Sequence record: OQ743992
Strand: one strand, 5' to 3'
Length of the DNA: 64,000 bases
Source of the DNA: Escherichia phage vB_EfeM_pEP20
Shown here: one piece after another, positions 35,813 through 46,176 of the stretch
Layout of the letters: every line of letters begins with the position of its first letter
How positions within the stretch are numbered: position 1 is the stretch's first letter
Notes under the pieces: generated by a model
Databases searched by the model: none
The model's input: only the letters and a program-made list of their open reading frames with translations
Told to the model about the DNA's origin: nothing
Made by a program: the position numbers and the translations under genes

Positions 35813-36625
35813 TTAGTGCAGTTGGTCACTAGTAATCTGTGATTGCTCTTTTTCAGCCATAGCTGAGACTTGCTTCACAAAATCGTCACCAAAGTTAATG
35901 CGCAGTTTTTCTTCAATGATTGAAGCGCCAATGTTTACCAAAACATCATTGATTGCTTGCATACTGACACCACCAGTCATCTCCTCAACGAACTCAATGG
36001 TTACCCCCAACATCTGAGAAAGTTGGATTAGTGCAACGATATTCATCATTGTAGAGATAGCTGGAATCATCAGAGCAACCTTCACCTGTAGCGGTTCTAC
36101 ATCAGCTACAGAGTCATCTTTCACAGCTTCTGCTAAAGAGTCTTTAGTTTGCTGGATAATCTCTTTGATTCGTGGGTTTAACTCTTCTACACCCCAATCA
36201 AGTTTTTCATATCGTGACAGCTTCTCTTCCATTCGCTTCTCAAGAGCAGCCATAACAGCACTTGTTGACGAAATTAACAGGTCAACTAGCTCATCATAAC
36301 CTAAGAGCAGTAGTGAGTCTTTTTCTTCAGAGGTCATGGCAATATAGTCATTTTTCTGCATCTCATAGAAAATGAACTCTGCAAGAGCATCAACACCTAC
36401 AACGATAGATGCTAAAGCAAGTGTTTTATCACACAGCATCATATTAACCTGTTCTGCAAAAGCACCGTTATCAGACTTGTCTTTAGGCAAGTTATAGCTT
36501 GCAGGCATAAACTGTTCTGTGTAGTTGTTTCCACGAAGAATCATAGCCATGCTTTCTACGGCATTGATTAAGAATGCTTCGCCAATACCTTTTTCTTCAA
36601 GCATCTGGTCTACAGTAGTGTTCAT
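35813..36625 (-). CDS. Hypothetical protein (270 aa)
   Basis: ORF. Confidence 0.5.
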   Translation of the reverse strand: MNTTVDQMLEEKGIGEAFLINAVESMAMILRGNNYTEQFMPASYNLPKDKSDNGAFAEQVNMMLCDKTLALASIVVGVDALAEFIFYEMQKNDYIAMTSEEKDSLLLLGYDELVDLLISSTSAVMAALEKRMEEKLSRYEKLDWGVEELNPRIKEIIQQTKDSLAEAVKDDSVADVEPLQVKVALMIPAISTMMNIVALIQLSQMLGVTIEFVEEMTGGVSMQAINDVLVNIGASIIEEKLRINFGDDFVKQVSAMAEKEQSQITSDQLH

Positions 36626-36626
36626 A

Positions 36627-37049
36627 TTATTTCTCTCTCAGTTGGTTAAGTTTCTTTCTAGAACATTTTAAGTTTTCGGATGAAGAAAAGTCAAGTGTCT
36701 TTTCAGAACGTGGATAGTAATGTCTATCCCAAGAAGTTTCAACATCATTAATCAGTGACGCTAGATTACACAGGTCTGTACCACTTTGCAACCTCTTTTT
36801 AAGAGAATCTAGTAAAGCAACCGTGTCTTTAGCTTTACGTCTAGCTGTAGCAACATCTTTCATATGCTCAAATACAGAGCATTTTAAGTCATCTTCGTAG
36901 TCTTCAGACAACTCTATTTCATGTTGTATATCAACCATTCTCCTGTGATGGTGAGCATATTCCCGTTGAGCAGCAATGTCAAGTTCTTCCAACTTCTGCA
37001 AAGCCCTAACAAAGTCAGCTATGTCTGGGTGAACAAACATTTTCTGCAT
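36627..37049 (-). CDS. Hypothetical protein (140 aa)
   Basis: ORF; first gene of the minus-strand unit diverging from the DNA polymerase gene. Confidence 0.5.
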   Translation of the reverse strand: MQKMFVHPDIADFVRALQKLEELDIAAQREYAHHHRRMVDIQHEIELSEDYEDDLKCSVFEHMKDVATARRKAKDTVALLDSLKKRLQSGTDLCNLASLINDVETSWDRHYYPRSEKTLDFSSSENLKCSRKKLNQLREK

Positions 37050-37306
37050 GTAAGCCTCTTTTAAGTAACTATTAAGTTTTAATCTTTTATCTTAACGTAT
37101 TCTATACGTTATACTTTAAAGCTTTTTAAAAGCTATTAAATAATCTTTTAAGAGTTTTAAAGTATCTGTATAGTTAAACTGTTAAGTAACCTTTTAAGTA
37201 AAAACCCACTTCGCAAAGATTAACACCTTGTCAAGTACATTGTCAACTTGCTTTTTATAATTTTTTGCAGTAATGTATGAGGTTAATGATTTTAGAGGGA
37301 GTAAAA

Positions 37307-39449
37307 ATGGAAAACGTAGATTTTAAAAACTTACATTTAGTTGGTGATACAGAAACTGATGGTTTACTCCTTGAGTTCACTAAAGTACACGTAATGGCTT
37401 TCGCAGACTATAAATCTGACGATGAAGAGCCACCTGTATGGGTCTTTACAGATGAGCCTATCCTCGGTCACAAGTATACCAAGTACATTAAGGGTGGTTT
37501 GCGTGAAGGTGTTGAGTTTGCGTTAAAGGCAAAACGGCTTTGCATCCATAATGGTCTGGGTTATGACTGGTGGGTTTTCAATCACATTGCACCTGATTTA
37601 TGGAACTTTGATAATCCAAAGTGTAAGCCGTGGAGTAATTTCTTTCAGGATTCTCTTATCCAGTCTCGTGTTCAGTGGATGGATAGACCAACTCCAAAAG
37701 GCTATAAAGGTGCTCATGGCTTGGCAGCGTGGGGTGCTCGTGTTGGTGTTCGTAAACCAGAGATTGAACATTGGGGTGTGTGGAATGCAGAAATCTTCAC
37801 TCGTGTTGTAGAAGATATCCGTATTAACGCCAAAACTAAACGTGCACTGGATAATGAATATCTCAAACTTAAGAAGTGTGGTATAGACACTTATGAAACC
37901 TATATGAGAGCTAAAGAAACATCTTTCTGGATGAGTCAACAAGCTATCAATGGTTGGAAAGCTGATAAAGAGCTTATGGAGTTCCATGTAAAGGAACTTG
38001 ACAAGTTGACTAATGAGCTTGCTTCAGAAGTTGAACCACATCTTCCTCCAACTATTAAGACCAAAGGTAAAGTCACTGGAGAAGAGTTTGCAAAAGCTTG
38101 GAATGAATATGTTGAAACATTCGGTCATGCAGATGGACTGAAGAGAATTACAAAGTACCCTAAGACGAAGTATCGCCAACAGGTACGTAACGGTGAGATG
38201 CAGACATACGAAATCAAGCCATTTGGGAAGCCAACTACAAAGATTTTTAACATTGAAAAGCGGAATTGCTATACACCAACCAACTCCGTAACTGGTGAAG
38301 AGTACAAGGAAGGTTTTGTAGCAATGAAGGATGCTCGTGCAATTTGCAATGAGTTGAATGCAAAGATTGGTAAGAAGTGCAAAGACTGGAAGCCAGTAAA
38401 AACAGTTAAAACTGTGAAGTACTATAACAGCCATGTTGTTAACCACTTTGAACTTGAGTCAAGTCGCTACACAGGTTTGATTGATGCACCATATACACCA
38501 ATTGAGTTCGAAGTTTCTCGTATGACTCAGGTAGCAGTTGTTAAAGACTACTTGAAATCAGTTGGTTGGATTCCAGATGACTGGAACTACAAGAAAGACT
38601 CAGATGGTCGTCCTGTTAAGGTTTGTCGCTTCAAAGACAACAAAAAGATGATTACAAAACATCCTAAGTGGGATGAGATGGTGGAACGGTGTGGTTTGAG
38701 TTATGTTGAACACGAAGGTGTCCAGTACATTGAACATAACTGGTCTGTTAAGAAGTACACAGATTTGCTTGAGCCTTGCTTAATCCGTACTTCACCAAAA
38801 CTTACTGAATCATCTTATGACACGATTGAAGGTGAGCTTGGACAGAAGATTGCGAAATACTATACTTTGATGCACCGACGTAGAACTATTGAGAACTCAA
38901 AAGATGATGAAAAAGGTTGGTTGAACCAGATTCGTCCTGATGGTCGCCTTAGTGCTGGTGCAATGGTGTTTGGTACTTCAACTGGACGTATGACACAATA
39001 TGGTATTGTAAACGTGCCGTCTGGTGCTGCTGTCTATGGAGCACCTATGAGGGAGGTCTGGACTTGTGAAGAAGGTACTAATATTGTTTCAGCCGACATG
39101 AATAGCGCCCAACTTGTGCTACTGTGTAACTTTATGGGCGATAAAGATTTCACTAAAGCGGTGACAGAGGGTAAAGAAGAGGTTGAATTTGTCAAACAAG
39201 AGGATGGTAGATACTATTGCAAACATTTTGACCAGTATCTAAACCCAGCTATTGACAAGTATTTACATTATGATTCTGAAAATGACTTATACGTGGTGTA
39301 CTCAGGGACTGATGCACACACTTTGAATAGTATCTACTTCAGTCTTAATAAAGAGGAAGACATCTTGACATGTCGAGCTACTCAGGATACAAGTCTTCTT
39401 CAAGAAATTAGTAAAGGTCGTAAGAAAGCCAAAAATGGCATCTATGCGT
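37307..39449 (+). CDS. DNA polymerase, family A (T7 gp5-like), exon 1 (3'-5' exonuclease and most of the polymerase domain, to within motif B)
   Basis: N-terminal HLVGDTETDGL exonuclease motif; ends RKKAKNGIYA (compare T7 RDNAKTFIYGF) at a T; RBS GAGGGAG; continues at 40252. Confidence 0.75.
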
Positions 39450-40251
39450 CAGTGGCGCATGTAAAACGTTGTGAATTGCTGGAAGCCTAAGTCTGTAAAG
39501 ATATGGTAATCAGCAGCGAAGTCTCTGTTAGGACTCCTAAAACAAAGGAGAGAGACAATGGCAGGTTACGAAGAGAGATTATGCACTGAGTGTGGTACGG
39601 AGTTTAAACCATATCAATACAATCAGAAACGGTGCAGAAGTTGTGTATTAAAGTTTGACAGAAGGGCAGAACACAGGGTTCTTACTAAGAAATGCCCTAG
39701 TTGTGAGAAGGTGTTCATGCCGAGAACAGCAAGGCAAGTTTATTGTTCGTCACATTGCGGTGAGAAAGGTAGAGTTAAGAATTACTACCTAAGAACATAT
39801 GGATTGGAAAGAGGAGAGGTTGAGGCTCTACTCCGTGACTGTGATTACAAATGTCAAATTTGTGGCGGTGAAGGTTTTATCATGAATGGTTCACGACACA
39901 AGGCTAAACTTGTTGTTGACCATGACCATAAAACCGGAAAGGTAAGAGGTATGTTATGCCACAATTGCAACAGAGCTTTGGGGTTGCTTGCAGATAGTGT
40001 TGATAACATGCAAAGAGCAATTGACTATCTAAGCAAATGATATAACTATAGAGATTCCTAACAGAGAAACGTTCAGAGACTATCGAAAAGCATACTTAAC
40101 GTATGAACTGAGTAGAGTAGGGTGGTAAGCTAATGACCATTCCCAAGTGCAACGGTAGTATTACTACTACGTGATATAGTCCGACACTCCGTAGAAATGC
40201 GGAGAAGTTCATAAGAGAACTGGTACACCTTGCGAGTGTATTGACCAGATG
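39450..40251 (+). mobile_element. Intervening sequence in the polymerase gene, probably a group I intron, carrying an HNH endonuclease ORF
   Basis: Polymerase homology resumes in frame 802 bp downstream; 5' exon ends in T and insert ends in G; internal ORF has its own RBS. Confidence 0.6.
39558..40040 (+). CDS. HNH homing endonuclease (intron-encoded)
   Basis: Zinc-finger CxxC pairs plus VDHDHKTGKVRGMLCHNCNRALG HNH motif; RBS AAGGAG. Confidence 0.75.
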   Translation: MAGYEERLCTECGTEFKPYQYNQKRCRSCVLKFDRRAEHRVLTKKCPSCEKVFMPRTARQVYCSSHCGEKGRVKNYYLRTYGLERGEVEALLRDCDYKCQICGGEGFIMNGSRHKAKLVVDHDHKTGKVRGMLCHNCNRALGLLADSVDNMQRAIDYLSK

Positions 40252-40808
40252 TATTGTTCGGTGCAGGTGATGAGAAGTTTGCTAAGACGATTAAAGCATC
40301 TACAACTGAGGAAGGTGCTTTAACTAAGCAAACATACTTTGTACGTCTCCCTAAAATTAAGAAGCTGCTGGATAATTTAGAAGCAGACTTCAAAGCCACT
40401 AAGAAGGCTCTTGAAGAGGTATTTGGTAAGACTGCCGCAATCTCTAAAGGGGGTTTTGTAAAGGTTGCTGGAGCTTGGTTGTGGTGTAAATCTCCACATA
40501 AGTTATTGAATTATTTGCTTATGGGTTCTGAAAGTCAGGTTCAGAATGAAGCCATCAACCTTGCTTGTAGAAGAACTTGTGAAGAGGGTCTTACAAAGTT
40601 GAATGGTCGAAAACCAGCTATTGGCGCTAGATTGCTTTTAGCATATCACGATGAGAATAGTTGGGAGTGCCCAGAAGACATGACGCAGGATGTTAAAGCA
40701 GTAATTGACTGGATGTATGGTCAAGCGTCAAGAAATTTAGGGCTTAAGAAAGAAACGCTTGTTACGGGCACTGGTAAGGTTGGTAAAAGCTGGCTTGAAG
40801 TACACTAA
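40252..40808 (+). CDS. DNA polymerase, family A, exon 2 (rest of motif B to motif C and C-terminus)
   Basis: (L)LFGAGDEKF (compare T7 LYGAGDEKIG), SPHKLLNYLL (compare SPHAALNTLL), AYHDENSWEC motif C (compare WVHDEIQVGC), C-terminal GKSWLEVH (compare GPNWAICH). Confidence 0.75.
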
Positions 40809-40869
40809 TTAGTATTGACAAGGTGCTCATGGAAGAGTACCTTATACAATATCTTGTATAGGAGGACAT

Positions 40870-41088
40870 ATGACACTTTCAGAGATTGAAGTTCAGTTGC
40901 AATGTGCAGGTTATTCTCAAAAAGAGATTGAAGGGATGTTTATTGTTCTTTGCAGTAGCTGTAGGAATTTGAAGGTAAACCCTGAAGTTCTACGTAGAGT
41001 AGATATCTTTATTGCTGGAGGTAAAATCGCAAAAGATAAGACAGGCTACTTAAAAGGTGAGCGTGTAAATATTGAGAGTTTACTATGA
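40870..41088 (+). CDS. Small protein (72 aa), paralog of 41291-41503
   Basis: RBS AGGAGG; shared C-terminal IAGGKIAKDKTGYLKGERVNIE with the paralog. Confidence 0.5.
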   Translation: MTLSEIEVQLQCAGYSQKEIEGMFIVLCSSCRNLKVNPEVLRRVDIFIAGGKIAKDKTGYLKGERVNIESLL

Positions 41089-41294
41089 GCCACCGTGGAA
41101 GAACCCATGCAGCAATGATGAAAGGTGCTTCAAAGGAAACTATCAAGAACCGTAAGCAGAAGTTGTTTGAGAGAATGAACAGGCTAATTGACAATTCATC
41201 TCTTTCAGGTTCTGAGAAGGTTTTCTTGAAAGGTAATCTGAAAAGCATTGCACAAGAACTTATTGATATTGAATATTGGAGACATCAAAAATGA
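41085..41294 (+). CDS. Small basic protein (69 aa)
   Basis: ORF; overlapping start/stop with neighbours. Confidence 0.4.
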   Translation: MSHRGRTHAAMMKGASKETIKNRKQKLFERMNRLIDNSSLSGSEKVFLKGNLKSIAQELIDIEYWRHQK

Positions 41295-41503
41295 CACTTG
41301 CAGACGTTATTCAGCAACTTCACGATAATTGCTACACTCCAGAGTTGATTCAAGAGATGCTTATTGTGGTGATGCCTAGTAAGTTCGTAAAAGGTTTTAA
41401 TAGTGAATCTTTAAAGTCTGCGCATATCCTTATTGTTGACGGTAAGATTGCAAGAGACCGCACAGGAGTCCTTAAGGGTGAACGTATCAGTATTGACCTC
41501 TGA
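41291..41503 (+). CDS. Small protein (70 aa), paralog of 40870-41088
   Basis: Start moved to ATG (MTLADV...) after GGAGA; C-terminal IVDGKIARDRTGVLKGERISID. Confidence 0.5.
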   Translation: MTLADVIQQLHDNCYTPELIQEMLIVVMPSKFVKGFNSESLKSAHILIVDGKIARDRTGVLKGERISIDL

Positions 41504-41520
41504 GTATTGGGAACACCAAA

Positions 41521-41676
41521 ATGAAACGCAAAGTAAAATTATTTAGTTTATATGGGAGAGTCGGTAAAGGTTTTGATTGGCAACTGCTACGCTCAGATGT
41601 TAAAAGCAACGAATTAGCACAACTCATCATAAACTACCGGCGTACATACAGAGAAGTAGAACATCGTGAACAATAA
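41521..41676 (+). CDS. Small basic protein (51 aa), absent from the ORF track
   Basis: Hand translation MKRKVKLFSLYGRVGKGFDWQLLRSDVKSNELAQLIINYRRTYREVEHREQ; weak RBS. Confidence 0.3.
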   Translation: MKRKVKLFSLYGRVGKGFDWQLLRSDVKSNELAQLIINYRRTYREVEHREQ

Positions 41677-41691
41677 AACAGGAGATGTGTT

Positions 41692-41928
41692 ATGTGGAAA
41701 GCAGTAATTACACTTGGTGTTATTTTTCTAACTGGCTGCAACCCTTCTTATGAAGATAAGAATGCTTCTTATAGCCTCCCACCAGAAATGCAAGATTGTA
41801 AGGTCTATAAGTTACATGGTGATGCCATAAGCAGAGATATTGTTGTTGTCAGATGTCCAAACTCTCAAACAACAACATCTTATAGCTATGGCAAAAATGG
41901 TCAATCACACACTACTGTTATTGAGTGA
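41692..41928 (+). CDS. Small lipoprotein (78 aa)
   Basis: Signal peptide plus lipobox VIFLTGC; RBS AGGAG. Confidence 0.5.
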   Translation: MWKAVITLGVIFLTGCNPSYEDKNASYSLPPEMQDCKVYKLHGDAISRDIVVVRCPNSQTTTSYSYGKNGQSHTTVIE

Positions 41929-41938
41929 GGTTTTCAAG

Positions 41939-42145
41939 ATGGAAGTCCTAGTAAACTATATCTATTGTTATGATGTTGTTCACTCCACTACAACCGTAGC
42001 TCAACGTAATCCAATCGTCCCACGAGAAGGTGAGTTGGTTCGCATCGAGGGTTGGACTTACACTGTGGGAAGCATCATTCATAAGTTTGATGTTGCTGGT
42101 GATGTTCAAGTTATCGACGTAGAGATTGGTGGTAAGAGAAAATGA
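41939..42145 (+). CDS. Hypothetical protein (68 aa)
   Basis: Start moved to ATG (MEVLVN...) after GTGAGG. Confidence 0.4.
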   Translation: MEVLVNYIYCYDVVHSTTTVAQRNPIVPREGELVRIEGWTYTVGSIIHKFDVAGDVQVIDVEIGGKRK

Positions 42146-42333
42146 ACAAAGAAGACAAGCATAAAAATGCTGTACGAACTCCTGATGGAAAGGTTCAATC
42201 CTTCATCCTGACAGTTGGTGGAAAGCCGTTTCGTTGCCACTGCGGAGCAAACTGTTTTCATAAACCAGATAAAAATGACTTAGAGCTTTACGCATGTAAT
42301 GCTTGCAATACTTGGTATCACTCAGAGGAATAA
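42142..42333 (+). CDS. Small zinc-ribbon protein (63 aa)
   Basis: CHCGANCFHK...CNACNTWYH. Confidence 0.45.
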   Translation: MNKEDKHKNAVRTPDGKVQSFILTVGGKPFRCHCGANCFHKPDKNDLELYACNACNTWYHSEE

Positions 42334-42334
42334 A

Positions 42335-43438
42335 ATGACAATACTGTACAAACAAAATAAAGACGGCTCTTTTAACGTCTGGTCATGCGTTGCTGTAGGT
42401 GACAAAGTTATTACAACCTACGGTAAAGAAAATGGCAAGATGATGTTTGAAGAGTACACAGTAGAACCGAAAAACATCGGTAAAAAGAATGAGCGTAACG
42501 CTGAACAGCAAGCTCTCTTTGAAGTTGCTGCTAAGTATAAAAAGCAAGTTGACCGCAAAGGCTATGCTTACACAAAAGAGTCTGCACAGAATACTGAGAA
42601 GGTAGGTGTGCAGCTTGCTCATGATGCTGCAAAGGTTAGTCATGCAAAGTATTTGAAATTCCCTGCTGATGCTCAACCGAAGCTTGATGGTGTCCGTTGT
42701 AGGATTTCGAGGCACTTAAGCATTGGTAGTGTATTTACAGCATACTCTCGTGAGAATACTGTTTATAAAATCCCTACTGAACTAATACCTGACATTATGG
42801 CAATGTTAAGGCTCCACAAAGATGTTGATGAATTTGATGGAGAGATTTATGCTCATGGGTGGGACTTAGAAGATATCGTCTCCATGATTAAAAATGAAGA
42901 CAATCCTGACAGACACTTGCTCAAGTTTTACTGGTACGATATCTGTGACAGTACTAAGACGTGGCCTGAGCGTAGAGATATTATTGAGACTTCACCACTG
43001 AATGACTTTAGAGACGGCTGTAAAGTTGTTCCTGTTAAGTCTCGTCGTGTAAATTCTTGGGAAGAGTTTGATGAAGCTCATGATAAGTGGGTTGAAGCCA
43101 AGTTTGAAGGTGCAATGTACCGTTCAATCTCTGAAGACTCCTTCTATGAGTGTTGTCACCGTTCATACTTCTTGATTAAGCACAAGAAGATGCACACTGA
43201 AGAGTTTAAAGTGACTGGTGTAAAGACTGATAAGCGTGGTCATGGCAAGTTCGTTGTAGAGACTCTTCCTAACGTCTTTGTAGATGTCTCATGGAAGACT
43301 ACTCATGAGAAGAAACAGTATCTTGCTGAACATCCTGAAGAGTTTATCGGGAAACCTTTGACGGTTCAGTTCCAGAAGATGACTCGTAAAGGTTCTTTAC
43401 AGTTCCCTGTTGGCCTCGTTATACGAGATTATGAATAA
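42335..43438 (+). CDS. ATP-dependent DNA ligase
   Basis: Adenylation motif I KLDGVR (KxDGxR); RBS AGAGGA; 367 aa. Confidence 0.7.
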   Translation: MTILYKQNKDGSFNVWSCVAVGDKVITTYGKENGKMMFEEYTVEPKNIGKKNERNAEQQALFEVAAKYKKQVDRKGYAYTKESAQNTEKVGVQLAHDAAKVSHAKYLKFPADAQPKLDGVRCRISRHLSIGSVFTAYSRENTVYKIPTELIPDIMAMLRLHKDVDEFDGEIYAHGWDLEDIVSMIKNEDNPDRHLLKFYWYDICDSTKTWPERRDIIETSPLNDFRDGCKVVPVKSRRVNSWEEFDEAHDKWVEAKFEGAMYRSISEDSFYECCHRSYFLIKHKKMHTEEFKVTGVKTDKRGHGKFVVETLPNVFVDVSWKTTHEKKQYLAEHPEEFIGKPLTVQFQKMTRKGSLQFPVGLVIRDYE

Positions 43439-43444
43439 AAGTTG

Positions 43445-43472
43445 TTGACATAGAAAATTTGGTGAGTATACT
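43445..43472 (+). promoter_or_regulatory. Sigma70-like promoter (TTGACA, 16 bp, TATACT)
   Basis: Read directly downstream of the ligase stop. Confidence 0.4.
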
Positions 43473-43535
43473 GAGCAGCATAAACCAACTGGTACTCACC
43501 AGCATCACTTAAGAATCTTTAAGAGGGGTTTTTAA

Positions 43536-43635
43536 GTGAGGTATGGTAAGGCGCGGTGAGGTCAGGTAATGTGATGTTTGGTTTGGTGCGGTGATGTGCT
43601 GTCCGGTAATGTCCGGTGCGGTAAGGTATGGGTAG
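43536..43635. repeat. Pentanucleotide-periodic array 1: about 19 units of NNGGT
   Basis: gaggt atggt aaggc gcggt gaggt caggt aatgt gatgt ttggt ttggt gcggt gatgt gctgt ccggt aatgt ccggt gcggt aaggt atggg. Confidence 0.6.
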
Positions 43636-43700
43636 TTAGTCTCAGCTACATTAAAATGAAACTTACCTTTTTAAAAGGTCTTTAAGAGGGTTTTTTAATA

Positions 43701-43770
43701 AGGTCTGGTGTAGTAGGGTTGGGCATGGTATAGTCCGGTGTGGTGTGGCACGGTATGGGTGGATGGTAGT
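43701..43770. repeat. Pentanucleotide-periodic array 2: about 14 units of NNGGT
   Basis: aaggt ctggt gtagt agggt tgggc atggt atagt ccggt gtggt gtggc acggt atggg tggat ggtag. Confidence 0.6.
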
Positions 43771-43848
43771 AGCCACGTTAAAAATCTACCAAGTTTCTAA
43801 AGAGTCTTCTGTTGAGGGTTCTTTACAAACAACTTAACAATCAACTAA

Positions 43849-44454
<606 letters not shown>

Positions 44455-44456
44455 TT

Positions 44457-44897
44457 ATGAATACAAAAGCATTAGCAGCAAAGTTTAGTTACGGTGACAC
44501 TGTATCACATTCTGAGATGGACACCTTCTTAGGTATTGTGAAGCCAACTTATCAAGGCGACATTGTTAAGTACGAAGATGAAATGAAGGCTTATGCACTT
44601 ACACGTCTAAACCGACTTGAGAAGTTTATTGAGAAGCTTCTTAAAGAAGAGAAGATTTATCTGGTTGCTTCAATGGGTGTTGGTTATCGTGTGGTTGAAC
44701 CTAAACATCAAGCAACTATTGCAAAACGTAAAATGTCTGGTAAGATTGGTCGAGCTTTAAAGCAAGCCACTCAAGCTATTGAGAATGTGAACACTATGGA
44801 ACTTAGCCATCAAGAACGCTCACGACTGATTGAACAGCAAAACCACTTAGCTGCTATGAAAGCTAACATTAACAAGCAACGTAGAAAACCTTTCTAA
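44457..44897 (+). CDS. Hypothetical protein (146 aa)
   Basis: ORF 3 nt after upstream stop. Confidence 0.5.
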   Translation: MNTKALAAKFSYGDTVSHSEMDTFLGIVKPTYQGDIVKYEDEMKAYALTRLNRLEKFIEKLLKEEKIYLVASMGVGYRVVEPKHQATIAKRKMSGKIGRALKQATQAIENVNTMELSHQERSRLIEQQNHLAAMKANINKQRRKPF

Positions 44898-44908
44898 GTT
44901 GACTAGGT

Positions 44909-44931
44909 AGCCTCTTCGGAGGCTCCTTTTT
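44909..44931 (+). terminator. Intrinsic terminator (AGCCUC-UUCG-GAGGCU then U5)
   Basis: Hairpin plus U run immediately after the 44457-44897 stop. Confidence 0.55.
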
Positions 44932-44960
44932 AAAAGGTCTTTAAACAGGGTCTTTTAATA

Positions 44961-45026
44961 AGGTGCGGTGCTGTCCTGTTCTGTAGTGTCTGGTAAGACC
45001 TAGTAATGTTCGGTCAGGTATGGGTA
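44961..45026. repeat. Pentanucleotide-periodic array 3: about 13 units of NNGGT
   Basis: aaggt gcggt gctgt cctgt tctgt agtgt ctggt aagac ctagt aatgt tcggt caggt atggg. Confidence 0.6.
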
Positions 45027-45090
45027 GTTAGTCTCAGCTACATTAAAATGAGACTTACATCACTTAAGAGTCTTTTAAGAGGGTTTTTAA

Positions 45091-45176
45091 GTGAGGTGTG
45101 GCACGGTAATGTTAGGTAGGGTCAGGTCAGGTCAGGTGAGGTAAGGTAAGGTAATGTATGGAAGGATGGCAGTAGC
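45091..45176. repeat. Pentanucleotide-periodic array 4: about 16 units of NNGGT, including GGTCA x3
   Basis: gaggt gtggc acggt aatgt taggt agggt caggt caggt caggt gaggt aaggt aaggt aatgt atgga. Confidence 0.6.
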
Positions 45177-45212
45177 CTTATAAAAAATCTGCCAAATAAG
45201 CTATAAAATCTG

Positions 45213-45241
45213 TTGACAAGTCAGGTGTTATAGCCTATTTT
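45213..45241 (+). promoter_or_regulatory. Sigma70-like promoter (TTGACA, 17 bp, TATTTT)
   Basis: Read directly; about 45 bp upstream of the ATG at 45286. Confidence 0.4.
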
Positions 45242-45285
45242 TATACTCAATGTAATACAAAATTTAATATAGCTTTGAGGTTATT

Positions 45286-45669
45286 ATGAAAAAGGTTTTA
45301 TTAGCCGCTGCAATGGTTATGGCAATGAATTTACCAGTCAATGCAACAGAACTTCCAAATGTAGACTTATCAGGTGTTCCAGAAGACACTTGTCAGATTG
45401 TTAAAGGTGTTGCTTTGGCTAATGGTGAGTTACTTAAACCAATCTCTGAAGAGTCTTTAACAGAGATGACTGACAAGGTAACTGACTATCAGTATCGTGT
45501 TCTTGGAGAGTATTTCCTGCAATCTGCAAATATTAAAGAAAAGCACCATGATGATATTGATGTACAGACTATGCTTAATCATCGTATTCAGTTTAAAGAA
45601 GATTTGATGCAAAAAGCTATGTATGGTGTTGAGTATTTCTTAGAAAACAGAAGCTGCACAGGTATTTGA
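45286..45669 (+). CDS. Secreted/periplasmic hypothetical protein (127 aa)
   Basis: Signal peptide MKKVLLAAAMVMAMNLPVNA; RBS GAGG. Confidence 0.5.
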   Translation: MKKVLLAAAMVMAMNLPVNATELPNVDLSGVPEDTCQIVKGVALANGELLKPISEESLTEMTDKVTDYQYRVLGEYFLQSANIKEKHHDDIDVQTMLNHRIQFKEDLMQKAMYGVEYFLENRSCTGI

Positions 45670-45670
45670 T

Positions 45671-45883
45671 ATGGCTCTTAAAAAGTTACATCCCAGAAGC
45701 GGTTATGGTAAGATAATTGATGATACAGATGGCTTTACAGTCTTTACAGTTATCTGTCAAGATGATTCACAGATTGAGAAGACTCTTGATGATTATCTTA
45801 ACGATGTACGTGAAAAGGTTAGGGCTACAAACATAGATTCATTGATTGACACTTCACGTAAACGGAAGAAGAAAGATGAATGA
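45671..45883 (+). CDS. Hypothetical protein (70 aa)
   Basis: ORF. Confidence 0.4.
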   Translation: MALKKLHPRSGYGKIIDDTDGFTVFTVICQDDSQIEKTLDDYLNDVREKVRATNIDSLIDTSRKRKKKDE

Positions 45884-46175
45884 GGTTTTTGACCCTTATG
45901 CTCCACAAGATGGTTGGGAGGCTGACAGAGAGGCTGAAATGGAGAGTTATATTTGTCCAATGGATGTAGACGAAATGAGAGATTTCGTTGCACATCGTTT
46001 TAAGAGAGAGATTAAATCCAGAGGTCTTTCTCAAGAGCAAGTTGCTAAAATTTGTGGTATCTCTCAGGCTCGTGTATCCAACATAATTAATCTCACTGGT
46101 AATGTCTCTCTTGAGTTTATGTTGGAAGTATGTGAAAAATTTGGTGTTAATTTTAATTTAAGGCTGGCAGATTAA
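45876..46175 (+). CDS. Putative helix-turn-helix DNA-binding protein (99 aa)
   Basis: LSQEQVAKICGISQARVSNII is XRE-like HTH; start moved to ATG overlapping upstream stop. Confidence 0.45.
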   Translation: MNEVFDPYAPQDGWEADREAEMESYICPMDVDEMRDFVAHRFKREIKSRGLSQEQVAKICGISQARVSNIINLTGNVSLEFMLEVCEKFGVNFNLRLAD

Positions 46176-46176
46176 T

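Noticed and set aside
37551-38446. ORFs 37551-37811 (+), 37598-37987 (-), 38024-38446 (-) inside the DNA polymerase gene
   Set aside because: Alternative-frame or antisense ORFs within a gene that shows clear T7 polymerase homology.
39450-40251. Intein as the explanation for the polymerase interruption
   Set aside because: The insert ends the polymerase frame with a stop codon and carries a separately initiated ORF with its own RBS; inteins are in-frame protein insertions.
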